Source: Octopus sinensis
Taxonomy: Eukaryota
Length of the DNA: 64,000 nucleotides
Reading direction: 5' to 3'
Assembly (NCBI RefSeq): GCF_006345805.1
Contig: NC_043024.1
Coordinates: 17,856,001 to 17,920,000, forward strand
Position numbers and translations under genes: made by a program. This document shows positions 1 through 13,718 of this stretch, in pieces. The notes beneath the pieces are model-generated. The model had not been told where the DNA came from. It saw only the letters and a program-made list of their open reading frames with translations, and made no database searches. How positions within the stretch are numbered: position 1 is the first letter of the stretch; each line of letters begins with the position of its first letter.

Positions 1-870
1 TTGGTATGGTCATGTACTATGGATGGATGAGGAGAGATGTGTGAAGAAGTGCCACTCCCAAACTGCAGAAGGAGTCCGGGTTAGAGGTAGACTCAGGAAG
101 ACATGGGACAAGGTGGTCAAGCATGACCTTCATACATTGAGCCTCACAGAGGCTATGACGAAAGACCGAGACCTCTGGAGATATGCTGTGACTTCGAAGA
201 CCTGACAAATGAAGTGAGCTCATGGCTTGCAGGACGGCCAGCTGTGCTTGAGGAGACCTATTGTGTCAAGTTCATCAACATCAAAATAAAAATCATATGG
301 ATATTGTAGTTGTGATACCTGTGCTGGTGGCACGTAGGGCCTCACAGAGGAAATGATTAAGACTGAGACCCTTGAGATATGCTGTGACTGTGAAGACCCG
401 ACAAAGGAAGTGAGTTCATAGCTTGCAGGACAGTCTGCTGTGCTAACCTTGGATCGTAGAGTGAGCCTCTGTTCTTGAGGAGACCTATTGAGTCAAGTAT
501 GTCAACACCAACATCAAAATATAAATCAAATGGAAATTGTAGTTAAGACACCCATACCGGTGACACGTAAAAAGCACCGTCTGAACATGGCAGATGCCAG
601 CGCTGCTTGACTGGTATCCATGTTGGTGACAGGTAAAAGCACCAACCGATCGTAGCCATTGCCAGCCTCCTCTGGCCCCTGTGCCAGTGGCATGTAAAAA
701 GCACCCACTATACTCACAGAGTGGTTGGTATTAGGAAGGGTATCCAGCTGTAGAAACACTGCCAGATCAGACTGGAGCCTGGTGCAGCCTTCTGGCTTTC
801 CAGACCCTGGTCAAACCGTCCAACCCATGCTTGCATGGAAAGCGGACGTTAAACGATGATGATGATGATG
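1..870 (+). mobile_element. RTE-clade LINE 3' end with long 3' UTR and (GAT)n tail
   Basis: 23..205 translates to an RTE-type C-terminus (RGRLRKTWDKVVKHDL...DRDLWR). It is followed by a UTR with GCACGTAAAAAGCACC modules, ending CAACCCATGC...GGACGTTAAACGATGATGAT. Internal duplication ~140-300 vs ~337-540. Confidence 0.8.
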
Positions 871-1349
871 TATTGTCCTAAGGCTGATTGCCATGATTCT
901 GTATTGCATATAACTGAGAAGAAATATCTGGATGGTAAAGCACCAAATCATTGGCTCATGCAAGAATTCATTTCCACTTTGTAGGTCATTAAGAAGCAAT
1001 AAAATGTATTCATTAATGAACTGACATACATTATACACACACATATACAACATTGTACATCCATACATAGATATGTAAACATACACACACATATATATAT
1101 TTATATCTGTGCTTGTGCATATATGTTTGTGCATGTGTGTGTATGTATGCAAGCCATTTAATGGTGTATCTTGTAATGAAATCCAGCTATAAATAATAGC
1201 TTGTAATAAGCTGAGTTAGAAAACCCTTGGATGGAAAATATACGTATGCATTTATAGACTTATGTATGTTTGCATATAAATATATGAATATATATATGTG
1301 TGTGTAATACACACACACACATATATATACACATACACACATATATATA

Positions 1350-1583
1350 TGTGCTGGTGGCACGTAAAAAGCACCAATCTGATCATGGCCGTTGCCAGCC
1401 TCGCCTGGCACATAAAAAGCACCCACTACACACACGGAGTGGTTGGCATTAGGAAGGGCATCCAGCTGTAGAAACACTGCCAGATCAGACTGGGCCTGGT
1501 GCAGCCTTCTGGCTTTCCAGATCCCGGTCGAACTGTCCAACCCATGCTAGCATGGAGAACGGATGTTAGACAATGATGATGAT
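1350..1583 (+). mobile_element. 5'-truncated copy of the RTE-type 3' UTR
   Basis: High similarity to 620..870, including the (GAT)n tail. Confidence 0.8.
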
Positions 1584-2788
1584 ATATACACATATATACA
1601 TATATATATATATACATATATACATATACATATACATATATATATATAGATACATATATACATATACACACTCACACACACACGCGTGTGTGTGTGTATT
1701 GGATACCCTAACCATTTTCTATAATTTTTGATGTTCCCTGTGCAATTAATCATTACAGTCTCATCTTTAATTAGTTGTTTTACCAATTTACTTCATTTAT
1801 GTCTCGGTTAAAACGAACATTTCCTTCATAGAACTTTTCTTTAGAATCAAAGGAAAACATTGGAATGGCAGGCAGTTGGTGGGTGGGGAATGATTAATGT
1901 AACGAGGTTGACCGAATAAATTAGTGTGGTAGGAGGAGGAGGAGGAGGATGACAGCGACAATGATGGTGATGACCAGGACGTTCATAATGAAGACAGTGA
2001 CGATGGCAATGACATCCGTTGTGACAATGCAGAAGCAAGACGTGATTGATGATGATACGAACCTCAGTATTTCACTGGTGTTTTATTTTATCGACCCCCC
2101 CTCCCCGACCCCAAAGAAAGAAAGGAACATAACGTTAACCTCAACAGGATTTGAACTTAGAATGTAAAGATTCAGATCAAACACCACCAATTATTATTTC
2201 CTGGTTCTCTAACAATTCTTACTTAGCTTGACATGTCTTCTCAAGTGGAGCAAATCACCAGAAGTCTCAGTCACTTGTGCTTGCCTCCATGAGACTCCAT
2301 AACACTCAACAACTGAAGATCATGTTTCAGTACCCCATCGCATGTCTTCCTGTGTCTACTTCTTTCACAGGTTCCCTCCACAATTAGAGATCACCACTAC
2401 TTTATGCAGTTCACCTCATCCCTACACATCAGATGACCAGGCTTCTTTCGGTTTCTATATACCTCCCAGCCCCTAAAGGATGGAAGGCAAGGTTGACTTC
2501 AGTAGGGTTTGAACTCAAAACATAAAGATGAAATTCCACAGGACATTTCGTTCAATGCTCCAAAGCTTCAACCATTTCACTTCCAAGAAAACAGATTTAT
2601 TATCAGTCTTTAATTATAATTCATATTGTATCATTTTTATATATTTATATACATTTCATGATATATATCAATATGAATTTTATGATATATATTTATATAT
2701 TTTAGAATGAAATTCTAAACATTTCATTCTGAAATAAGAAGTGAAAAATACAATATCACATCTGAAAGTATTTAAAAAAAAAATAATA

Positions 2789-3197
2789 GCCATAGGAGTA
2801 GCTGTGTGGTAAGTAGCTTGCTTACCAACCACATGGTTCCGGGTTCAGGCCCACTGCGTGGCACCTTGGGCAAGTGTCTTCTACTATAGCTTCAGGCTGA
2901 CCTTGTGAGTGGATTTGGTAGATGGAAACTGAAAGAAGTCCATCATATATATGTATATACATATGTATGTGTGTGTACATATTTTTATGTCTGTGTTTGT
3001 CCCCCAACATCGCTTGACAATCAATGCTGGTGTGTTTATGTCCCTGTTACTTAGCGGTTCAGCAAAAGAGACTGATAGAATAAGTACTATGCTTACAAAG
3101 AATAAGTCCTTGGGTTGATTTGCTCGACTAAAGGCAGTACTCCAGCATGGCCGCAGTCAAATGACTAAAACAAGTAAAAGAGTAAGAATAAAGAGTA
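2789..3197 (+). mobile_element. tRNA-derived SINE family A (internal TA/TG microsatellite), full length
   Basis: A-box-like TAGCTGTGTGG and B-box-like GGTTCAGGCCC; CCTTGGGCAAGTGTC core; internal microsatellite; GTAAAAGA-type tail; about 20 copies in the window. Confidence 0.85.
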
Positions 3198-3209
3198 TTA
3201 ACTAGGTTA

Positions 3210-3720
3210 TGCTTGAGCGATAACATTTTACCCAAAGTAGCTGTGCTCAGCTTCTGCCAGAATCTCAAGATGGTTCCAGAACCTGGCACATGCATTCCTC
3301 ACTGTGTCCATGAGAACTTCAAACAGCTCCTTGATCTTGACCACTAGTTTGGGCTTGGTGTTGCTGGCAGGGAGGTTGATGTCTTTCTCACCCATGGCCA
3401 ACACATAGTAATCCGTGGGATTAAAATCAGGGAATTTAGGAAGGTAGAAATTGGGGCTGGTGAAGTTGTAGAAATTTTCTGATGACCACTTCTGATTCTA
3501 TCCAAAAGTCAGGCAAGGAGTTGATTCCTTCTGCCACACATACAGTCTTCCAGCTGCAATCCTCTCCAGCCAGGATTTGACCAGTCTCCAACAGTTTCAC
3601 GTCACTGTTTGAATTGAGCCTAAGGCCTTTTTCAAAGATATGGGCTGGCATGGAGACACACCCTTGCTGGAAGCACACCCAGAGACCATCTCAGTTTGGG
3701 TGAACTTGGTTTTCATGATA
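3210..3720 (-). mobile_element. Decayed Tc1/mariner-superfamily transposase (DD37D/maT-like) fragment
   Basis: Minus-strand frameshifted remnants MPAHIFEKGLRLNS, AAGRLYVWQKES (QQD-like) and FYLPKFPDFNPTDYYV (WPPxSPDLNPxDY-like). Confidence 0.7.
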
Positions 3721-4014
3721 TCCATGTCACATGTCATAACTCCTACAGTAGTCACAGGGAATTGAGCAGCAGTTATGATGTCAACACTTTGATACCTGGC
3801 ATGAGTCATCCTGACACAGGTAACTCTTTCCCATTATTCAGATCGCTCCAGTCCTCCATGTCAGCTAACTACAATTTTAATCTCAACTACAACTTTTAAT
3901 CTTCATGCTCTCCAATGCTGTTGACTGTTCAACCAGATATCAAACTGTTCCTGAAAAATGGGGACACAGAATATCATAAAATTTAACCCAACACTCTTTA
4001 TATTGTTTAATAAT

Positions 4015-4436
4015 CGAAATCGTAGTCGTGTCCAGTTCCCCCTGACTGGCTCCATGTACCAGTGACATGTAAAAAGCACCATCCAAATACTGTCAATGCA
4101 AGTGCCACTTGACTGGCTCCCATGCCAGTACCTCCAGACTGGCTCCTGTGCCAGTGACATGTAAAAAGCACCCCATGCCAGTGCCGCCTGACTGGTTCCT
4201 GTGCCAGTGCCACCTGATAGGCTCCCATGCCAGTGCTGTCAGACTGGCTCCTGTGCTAGTGGCATGTAAAAAGCACCATACGAATGTGGTTGATGCCAGT
4301 GCCTCCAGCTGTAGCAACCTTGCCAGATTAGATTGGAGCCTGGTGCAGCCCACTGGCTTGCCAGTCCTTAGTCAAGCTGTCCAACCCATGCCAGCATGGA
4401 AAGCAGACATTGAATGATGATTATGATGCTGATGAT
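4015..4436 (+). mobile_element. RTE-type 3' UTR copy with expanded internal tandem modules
   Basis: Repeated GACTGGCTCC...CCAGTG...CATGTAAAAAGCACC units followed by the shared tail. Confidence 0.75.
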
Positions 4437-4589
4437 ATTAGATATTATATGTAATAGACATCTCAATTTCTTATTAACCTCTGTACTCTTTTGGCGCTTC
4501 ATTCTGAAGCATATGTACATTGAGTTCTACACCAAGTTATCAGTATTGCAAGGCCTAAGTGAAATAAATATACATATATATAAGCACAG

Positions 4590-5029
4590 ACTCAGCTGCA
4601 TGGCAAGAAGCTTGCTCCCCAACCACATGGTTCCATGTTCAGTTTCACTGTGTGGCACCTTGGGTAAGTGTCCTCTACTACAGCCCCGGGTCGACCAAAG
4701 CCTTGTGAGTGGATATGGTAGATGGAAACTGAAAGAAGCCTATCGTATATAAATATATATATATATGTGTATGTATGTATGTATGTATATGTATATATTT
4801 GTGTCTGTGTTTGTCCTCTACCATCGCTTGACAACTGATGTTGGTGTGTTTACATCCCCGTAACCTAGCTTTTCAGCAAAATTGACCCATAGAATAAGTA
4901 CTAGGCTTACATAGAATAAGTACTAGGCTTACATAGAATAAGTCCAGGGGTTGATTTCTTCGACTAAAAAGTGGTGCTCCAGCGTGGCCACAGTCAAAAT
5001 GACTGAAACAAATGTAAGAATAAAAGAAT
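4590..5029 (+). mobile_element. SINE family A
   Basis: Homologous to 2789..3197; has an internal tandem duplication of CATAGAATAAGTACTAGGCTTA. Confidence 0.85.
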
Positions 5030-5078
5030 ATGCATACATACATACATATATATATATATATACAGACACACATCCACC

Positions 5079-5474
5079 AGGTGTGGCTGTGTGGTAAGAA
5101 GCTTGCTTCCCAACCACTTTGTTCCAGATTCAGTCCCACTGCATGGCACCTTGGGCAAGTGTTTTCTGCTGTAGCCTTGGACCAACCAAAGCCTTGTGAG
5201 TGGATTTGGTAAACGGAAACTGAAAAAAGCCTATTGTATATAAATATATTTATGGGTGTGTGTCTTTGTGTCTGTGTTTACCCCACCATCGCTTGGCAAC
5301 TGTGTATGTGTGTATGGTATGTCATCATAACTTAGCAGTTTGGCAAAAGAGACCGTTAGAAAAAGTTTTAGGCTTGCAAAAAATAAGTCCTGGGGTCGAT
5401 TTCTCCAACTAAAACCCTTTAAGGTGGTCCTCCAGCATGGCCGCATACAAAATGACTAAAACATGTAAAAGAAT
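5079..5474 (+). mobile_element. SINE family A
   Basis: Homologous to 2789..3197. Confidence 0.85.
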
Positions 5475-5858
5475 CTTTTCTATTCTAGGCACAAGGCCTG
5501 AAATTTTGGGGTAGTGGGCCAGTCGATTGGATCAACCCTAGTATGCAACTGGTACTTAATTTATCAACCCCAAAAGTATGAAAGGCAAAGTCAACCTCGG
5601 TGGAATTTTAACTCAGAAAGTAAAGATAGATGAAATATCATTAAGCATTTTTCTTGGTGTACTAATGTTTCTGCCAGCTTGCCACCTTTAATATTTTTTT
5701 CTACTCTAGGCACAAGGTCCAAAATTTTAAGGAAGGGAACCAGTCGATTAGATCAATCCCAGTATGTAACTGGTACTTAATTTATCGTCCCCAAAAGGAT
5801 GTAAGTGCAAAGTTGACCTCAGTGGAATTTGAACTCAGATCATAAAGACAAACGAAAC
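5474..5858 (-). mobile_element. Two tandem copies of SINE family B
   Basis: Reverse complement of the GGCGAGCTGGCAGAA...GAGTTCAAATTCC...AAGTACCAG family also seen at 42469 and 56427. Confidence 0.8.
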
Positions 5859-6799
5859 ATGTAAAAGAATGAAAGAATATATATATATATATATGTATGT
5901 ATATAATGCTAACATATATTTTACCAACATTTCTTGAGGTTAAACAATATTTATCAGTCGATTTCCCACCTCCTCAATAAATACTCAATCATAAAAACAC
6001 ATGATAAGTTAATCACCAATATTTGATACTCAATATAGTTTATCTCAATCAGCTTGCCAGTTTTCCTCCATTCTTTTCTTCCTCTTTCACCGCAAGTTAT
6101 TTGGATAATGTGTCTAAATCGCTTTTCTTCTGGTTTTTCTGTTCTGTTAATAACCAATTAAACATTTCGAAGGCAAAAAAATGGAAACAGAAACAAACAT
6201 ATCTTTGAAGGCAGAAAAAAAAAAAAAACAGAAATTCCATTTTTTCTTTTTCTTTTGACTGCAAGAAATTTTGATAATAATAATTTTATTTTAGATTTTG
6301 TCTTTAACATTTTTTGTTTTGTTGTTGTTGTTGTTGATGTGGTTGTTTAGCCCTAGGTCATTCCTCATCAAGCAGATCCATGACCTATGATCAGGTACCT
6401 TCCAGTCACAACCATCCAATCTTGTTTTTCTATGTGTAGCAAACTTAGAGAGCACCGCATGATCCAGGAGGTCCCTTTTGTAAGATGTAATGGGGATAGA
6501 GGTGATTTAGGGATCAGTGGTTACTTGAAAATCAGGACTGATGGGACTAACTGTCTTATAGTGCAATGTTAAGGCACTGGAGCAAGGTTTGCCCTTCTCT
6601 AGGACTCTGTTCAACTGTCCAACCCATGCCAGCATAGAAAGTACTGTACATACACACACACAGATATATACATAATCATTGCAATTTCGTGTTTGAGTAT
6701 TGCCATTGTCTGATCAAAAGTCCTACACATGTGAAGGCTATGACCAGCCATTTTTATAAGTCTTGTTTTTTCTTCTTTTTTTTTCAAGCAATGGCTGTA

Positions 6800-7790
6800 C
6801 ACGATGATTTTTTATAATGGGAAAAGATTTGCACAAGTATAAGAACCCACAATATGGTAGAAGCCATAGCCACTCATCATAAAAAGAAATCTTGGTGGAA
6901 TGTGTCAGTGAAAACCTCAATAAAATGTAAACACAACAGGCTTGATACAATGATTTGGGATAGAGAAGAGAAACTGTGTACAGTTGTGGAAATTAGCTGT
7001 CCAGCAGATGTTTACATAAAGTGGAAGATTAGTGAAAAAGAGAACACCTACGATGAAATCTGCAGTTACTGTAGCCAGATAACAAGTTCAGGTTTATACC
7101 TGTAATTATTGGGGTCCTGGGATATGTAACACACTGCCTAAATACCAATCTTGAGAAATTAGGCTTCTCATAACCAGAAAGGGGAAAGCTGATTTGAAGA
7201 CTACAGATCCAATCCATCACTGGAACTGTAAAAATCTGTAAAACTTTCCAGAAGTTTATCATTGAAATATATATATGAGCATGTTTAGATATGCAACTAT
7301 ATGCATGAGAAGACATACATAAAACATACAAATCTGCACATACATACATACAAACAAAAATACCCTGTTGTTGATGTTAAAATTCCAATGAAGATGCCTT
7401 GGATCTAGGTTAGAAACTGGTTCTTTCCCTATTGGCAAGAAATCTTGAAATAAACTGAATAATGACATGCATACATTCGAAGACTACATATTGAAGCCAT
7501 CACTGGAACTGTAAAAATCTGTAAAACTTTCCAGAAGTTTATCATTTAAGTATATATGAGCATGTCTAGATATGCAATTATATGCATGAGAAGACATACA
7601 TAAAACAAAACATACATAAAACAAAACATACATAAAACAAAACATACAAATCTGTGCATATACATACATACAAACACACCCAGTTGATGTTATTGAAATT
7701 TCAATGAAAGACACTTGAATCTAAGTTAGAAACTGACCCTGTCTCTATTGGTAAGAAATCATGAAATAAAACTGATTAATGGCATGATGA
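6800..7790 (+). mobile_element. Restriction-like endonuclease LINE (R4/NeSL-like) 3' fragment with duplicated 3' end
   Basis: WWNVSVKTSIKCKHNRLDTMIWDREEKLCTVVEISCP..EKENTY matches the degenerate NRPD..E..K RLE motif; 7196-7470 is repeated at 7479-7790. Confidence 0.8.
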
Positions 7791-7849
7791 CCATCCACTC
7801 GTGACCAAGAAAAACCATTACTGACCTTTAGGAACATTGTGCGGTCAAG

Positions 7850-8160
7850 ACTATCTTATACTTCACACCTGCAGCTCGTTGGTGACTAACGAGCCCTGCT
7901 CCTGCTAAACATACATGGCTGCAAACATTGCAGACCAAGCTTCCTCCACTCATTACACTAGCAGTGCGTTTTTGAGTAGCATTTTTAAATTCTTCATGAA
8001 GAATACGTGCTTTTTGAAAGGTATCAACTCCCTCCTTTACCTGTTTCCTCCATCTGTGGCAATGACAAGCATTGCTCTCCCAGTCAGCTTCCCACATTTC
8101 ACAGGCCTTTAATGAGGACTTTAAACAGTCCCTAAATCACAGTCTTGGCTTCCGCCAGGG
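7850..8160 (-). mobile_element. RTE/BovB-like LINE C-terminal fragment
   Basis: WES...RWRKQVKEG followed by the C2H2-like CNVCSHVC...GLVSHQR. Confidence 0.7.
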
Positions 8161-8219
8161 TTGCTTTCTACTAACAAGTTCCCACATTCAGACATACATA
8201 CATACATACATAGAGTGAA

Positions 8220-8696
8220 ATCAAAATCAAATTCGATGACTGGCATCAGTGCTAGTGGAGTGCTAAGAGTACCATCCGAGCATGATCGTTGCCAGAGCAA
8301 CAAACTGGCTTCCATGCTGGTGGCACATAAAAAGCACCATTCGAGCGTGATTGTTACCTGCATCGCCTTACTGACACTTGTGCTGGTGGCACATGAAAAA
8401 ACATTCAAGTGTGGTCATTGCCAATACCGCTGGACTGGCTCCTGTGCAGCTGGCACATAAAAAGCACCATTTGAGCATGGCTGTTGCCAGTACCACCTGA
8501 CTGGCCCTCGTGCCAGTGGCATGTAAAAGCACTCACTACACTCTCAGAGTAGTTGGTGTTAGGAAGGGCATCCAGCTGTAGAAACTCTGCCAGATCAGAT
8601 TGGAGCCTGGTGCAGCCATCTGGTTTGTCAGACCTCAGTCAAATCGTCCAACCCATGCTAGCATGGAAAGCGGACGTTAAATGATGATGATGATGA
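8220..8696 (+). mobile_element. RTE-type 3' UTR copy
   Basis: GGCACATAAAAAGCACC modules, shared tail and (GAT)n. Confidence 0.8.
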
Positions 8697-8921
8697 CATA
8701 CACACACACTCACACACGCACGCACACTTTCAGCATACCAAAAAATGATCGTGCACAGATATTGTTTCTTGACTTGCAGAAGACAGTAACATAGACATGA
8801 ACTGCAGTTTCTTTTAGACTCATGAATGCTACATCACATCACACATCAGAGGCTATGCTTTTGCTATCAAAGAAATGGAGATTGTTACTAAATACCTAAT
8901 CTACAAAGGAGACGGTGAAGT

Positions 8922-9152
8922 AGTGCCAGTACTTTTTACGTGACACCAACACGAATACTTCTTATGTGATATCATCACCAGTGTCTCTTACGTGGCACCA
9001 ACACCAGTACTTTTTATGTGGCACCAGCACCAGTTTTTTTACGTGACACCGGTATGTTTTAAGTGGCACTGGCTCCAGTGCTTTCTATGTGGCACAAGCA
9101 CCATTACTTTTTATGTTACACCAGCCCCAGTGCATTTTATGTGATACCAGTA
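8922..9152 (-). repeat. Tandem ~25-bp repeat related to the RTE UTR module
   Basis: Repeated CCAGTRCTTTTTAYGTGRCACCA, the reverse complement of the UTR module. Confidence 0.6.
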
Positions 9153-9769
9153 CTGGGGAAAAGACTATAAATGGTACAGTAGAGAAGTTGTCAACACAAA
9201 ATCATGAGAGGGAGAGGGACAGAGAGACATGATGGTGGTGGGGTGAGAATTAAGTAAATAATCTATCAGAGAGATATGATTATCGGATAAATCAATCTAA
9301 CATAATTGATTATGCTTCAGAAGACAGCAAGTCCAGGAGCTTAACCTTCATTGGAATGTATCTTTAATGAGTGCATTTATGCATACACACACATATATTT
9401 AAGTATATACACACTCATTCATTGTATATATTTATAGGTATATCTGTATATCTACAAATGTATACATATATATATATATGCTTATATACATATACGCCAT
9501 GTATATATCATATTTAATGTATATATTTAGATGTGTACATATATATATATATATAATAGCCATCTGTGTATCATACTAAATGTGCATATATACATGTGTG
9601 TGTGTATGAAAATATATACTTATACACAAACACACACATGCGTGTGTTTATATTTAGTCTCTTATCAGATAAAGACTACCCTCAATGAATAACTGCCTTG
9701 ATTACATAAATGATATTCTTTGTGATGTTTGTGTGTTTTTCCTAATTACTGTGTGTGTATATATTATTC

Positions 9770-10110
9770 ATATATATATAATATATAATATATATATATA
9801 TAAATATATATAATATAATACATACACACATATATATACAATACGCACTTGATCATCATCTGCTACAATCTGTGTGTGTGGTTTTATGCACCAAGCATCA
9901 GTATGACAGCATCTTGTGTGTGTGTGTGTGTGTGTTTGTATTTGTGAGTGTATGTTATATATATGCATGTGTATATATTATATGTATGTATATATATATA
10001 TATATATGTGCATATATATATGTATATATATATATATGTGCATATATATATGTATATATATATATATGTGCATATATATGTGTATATATATATATGTGCA
10101 AATATATATG

Positions 10111-10154
<44 letters not shown>

Positions 10155-10190
10155 TTATTTATTATGTGTGTATGAAGAGAGAGAGAGAAA
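9770..10190. repeat. (TA)n/(TG)n microsatellite complex
   Basis: Direct inspection. Confidence 0.95.
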
Positions 10191-10531
10191 ATTTTTGTAT
10201 ATACTCAATTAAGTCTTAGACTAATCATAAATAATGGTAACGATGTTATTGTTGTCGTCCATCTAACTACAAATCAGCCTTAGTGAAGCTAACCTTTGAC
10301 CAAAGGTCTTCCAGCTCTGACCATCCAATTTTCTTTTTTCTAAACATAGCATATCTATGACTGTGTTAATCTACCTTTCTTTTTTAAGCTAGTGGTGAAT
10401 GGTTGGAAGGAGACTTGGCTGTTGTTTCTAGCAAGCCTAGTGACTGCATTGAGACTTTAAAATTAGTGGTCCTCAATCAGGGTCCATAAAATATTTTATT
10501 GTCAATAAGTTCGTTATGCCTTTACGATACA

Positions 10532-10682
10532 CCGGAGTGGTTGGCGTTAGGAAGGGCATCCAGCTGTAGAAACTGCCAGATCTGACTGGCCTGGTGCAGC
10601 CTTCGGGCTCCCCAGACCCCAGTTGAACCGTCCAACCCATGTTAGCATGGAAAGCGGACGTTAAATGATGATGATGATGATG
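10532..10682 (+). mobile_element. RTE-type tail fragment
   Basis: GGAGTGGTTGGCGTTAGGAAGGGCATCCAGC... ending in (GAT)n. Confidence 0.8.
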
Positions 10683-10775
10683 TGTACGCCTCTGATGAGA
10701 ACCCAATAAGACTGACTCTGATTTAAACATATTCAGCCTTTCCGTTTCCTCTCTAGGCACTTCTTTTCTTTAATA

Positions 10776-10960
10776 GCATAGGAGTGACTGTCTGGTAAGT
10801 AACTTGCTTACCAACCACATGGTTCCGGATTCAGTCCCACTGCGTGGCACCTTGGGCAAGTGTTTTATACTATAACCTCAGCCCGACTAAAGCCCTGTTG
10901 AGTGGATTTAGTAGACAAAAACTGAAAGAAACCCGTCTTATATATGTATATATGTGTGTG
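10776..10960 (+). mobile_element. SINE family A, 5' half
   Basis: Head and core match other copies. Confidence 0.8.
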
Positions 10961-12093
10961 TTTGTATATATATCTCTATATTATAATTCTGAAATGCAAA
11001 AAGTTTGTCTGGTTTTGGCATTGGAACTGGTTAAAGGCCACTAGATCTCATCGGATTGACTCCAAAATTTACAGAGACATGTAAAATGAGGTGAGGATGC
11101 GAGTGGGCTAGGTTAGAAATCCCTATCCTAAAAGGTGTTGTTTCTAGGGCGAAAAACGCACACTTTGACAAGCCTTCTCTCATTCTTTTATCTGCCTGTC
11201 TTTCTCCATCTCTATGATTAGTAGAATAAGGTTATTGCTGGACTGGAACCCTGGCCCCAAATGCTTACAACAGAGAGTAGACCATCTAAAGGTACTTGAG
11301 AGCCAGGAAGTTGTATTAAACAGAGTGAGGGGTTTGCCATCCAAGTTCACCATTTGACACAGATGTAGATAGAAAGAGTCTCCTGTTAATGTTGCAGTTG
11401 TTATTTTTACTGTTGATGTTGTTGCTGTTGTTTTAGTACTAGTTGTTGATGCCTGTGTTGTTGTTGTTATTTAAACACAGGTCAGTGCTGACTGACTATA
11501 GACTGACTTATAAATATCACCATTTTCCAAATATTTTGTTTCACAAATATTAACAGTTTTATTAACCTTGCTTGTTGATTTCAGATGTTAAACCCTTCCT
11601 GAGGGAATTTTTTGATCCTAACTGTATGGATAGACTCGTTTAATCAAAGTTCTTTAACTCAGTATATGACAAATGCAAGAAGACTCCTATCTACCATTGT
11701 CAGAGACATGGTATTTCTGAGGCCAGAATATCTAATGTATTTCTACCGTTATCGACAATAGGATGTGATTTAAGGGAGATTTGGATGCTATTTCTTGCAA
11801 GTTAGGTAACCATGTGGAAGCTTCCTCATTGGTTGAACCATTGTAGCTATTAACCAATCGTATTTTATTATTATATGGAGTAGGAAGGTGAGCCAAGAGT
11901 GGGGAGGTGACTAATGCAAGCTAGAATTTAGGTTTCAGCAGAGACAAATAAGGACAGAGAATTGGGACCCACCACCCAGTATATTACTGGTATCTTATTT
12001 GCTGGTCCTCAGAGAGCAAAATAAATTTGTAAAGGTATTTATTCAATGTTCTGCCACTTCTGTCACCTTATAAACTTTGTTTCTCTCTCTCTT

Positions 12094-12145
<52 letters not shown>

Positions 12146-12424
12146 GGTGTACATGCAATAGATGCAATGTTATGAAAATGCATTCAGAATGGTCAGTGCT
12201 GCGTGTCGCAATGCGGTTGAACACACCAATATTCTGCTGAAGCAGTTTAACAAGATCCTCAAGTGGCATGAAGGATCAGGTGACCTTTGAGAAGAGTTTC
12301 ACATATCACTTCAATGAAAAAAGCTCTCAATAACCATATAGACACACACACATGCACACTTGTGCACTCCCACCCACATATGTATGTGTGTATATTTGTA
12401 TATATATATCTATATGTATGTATG

Positions 12425-12460
<36 letters not shown>

Positions 12461-13356
12461 CATGGTTGCTTCATTGTTTATTCATTCACTCATTTTATTC
12501 TTGTATTTTCATGCTAGTATGGATAAGACAACCTTGCATTATTCATGCATTATTTTACAGTTGGATGCCTCTCCTATCACTAACCCCTACTCATTTCCCA
12601 ATCAAGAGATGTCGTATTTCATTCATTTTTTTATGGTTAACAGAGCAAATGATAACAACATCACCACCTCTGACTCAGCAATCATCAGAGAGTGTAAACG
12701 TGGGCCATCTTAGCAACATTATAGACCTCTTAGCAAATCAATACAGTGCGCCGTAGGGGATTTATTTGTTGACGGTAAACCACAGCATGGATTAGAATTG
12801 AGCCCCTACATCTGTGGAGCTTCTGGGCATCTGTGCTTTAAGAGAACACTGGTGTAAAAACATACACACACAAATACATACATACATATATATATAATAG
12901 TGTATATGAGTTTGTACATGGAGAGGAGACCACCAAGTGGTTTCCTTAGATTCTAGAAAGGGCAGTCAAAACCCAAACCACGAAAGAGATATTCATACAT
13001 TGCACATTGCTCGTAGGAGACTTGAATGAATAAAAATCTCAGTTTACCTTATACCCATGAGTTTCACCATTAAATATCAAATAAATCAATTAATTAGTCA
13101 ATCAATTGATTAATTAACCATCTGTGGCTTCTCAGTAAGGTCACTGGAAAATGCATAATTATGAAAGTATAAAACATACCGTAAATACATGCGCCCTTAA
13201 GTTCCATCTTAATGCATCAAGATTTCAAAACGAATTCCCCCAATTAGTGTGCAGAGTCAGAGTAGTACAGCAGTGAATAAATTCACCATATATTATCCAA
13301 CCGAAGAATTTAAATATTTAACTATATAAAAATTTTTTACCCTGTATTTATATAGT

Positions 13357-13387
<31 letters not shown>

Positions 13388-13559
13388 TACACTTGTTGTT
13401 TATACACTTGTATAGAGAGAGAGAGAGCAGATATAAGAGAGATCAAGTTGATCCCTCTTATAGCAACCCTGAGAAATCGATCCCCTGTAAAGACTTTAGA
13501 ATCTAAGCTTGAACCTTTTTGAGTACTACTAGGGGTCTTCTATACAGAGAATCTTTGTA

Positions 13560-13718
13560 GACCAAGCTGTATCGGCCTTTGCCTTTCTCTTGGATAATAT
13601 CAGTGGCATAGAGAAGGGGGGCTGTTATGCATGGATGACTGCTGGTCTTCCATAAACAACGTTGCCCGGACTTGTGCCTCAGAGGGTAACTTTCTAGATG
13701 CAATCTCATGGTCATTCA
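13560..13718 (+). mobile_element. SINE family C, 3' part
   Basis: Reverse complement of part of 37141..37477. Confidence 0.7.

Noticed and set aside
4030-4300. CRISPR-like repeat-spacer appearance
   Set aside because: Eukaryotic context, degenerate units, non-unique spacers, no cas genes; part of a LINE UTR
10972-11170. Helitron-like 5' end (TCTATATTATAA; similar inverse at ~30915-30961)
   Set aside because: No matching 3' hairpin/CTRR end identified
13431-13461. Small hairpin ATAAGAGAGATCAAGTTGATCCCTCTTAT
   Set aside because: Too short for a pre-miRNA, no ribozyme core, single copy
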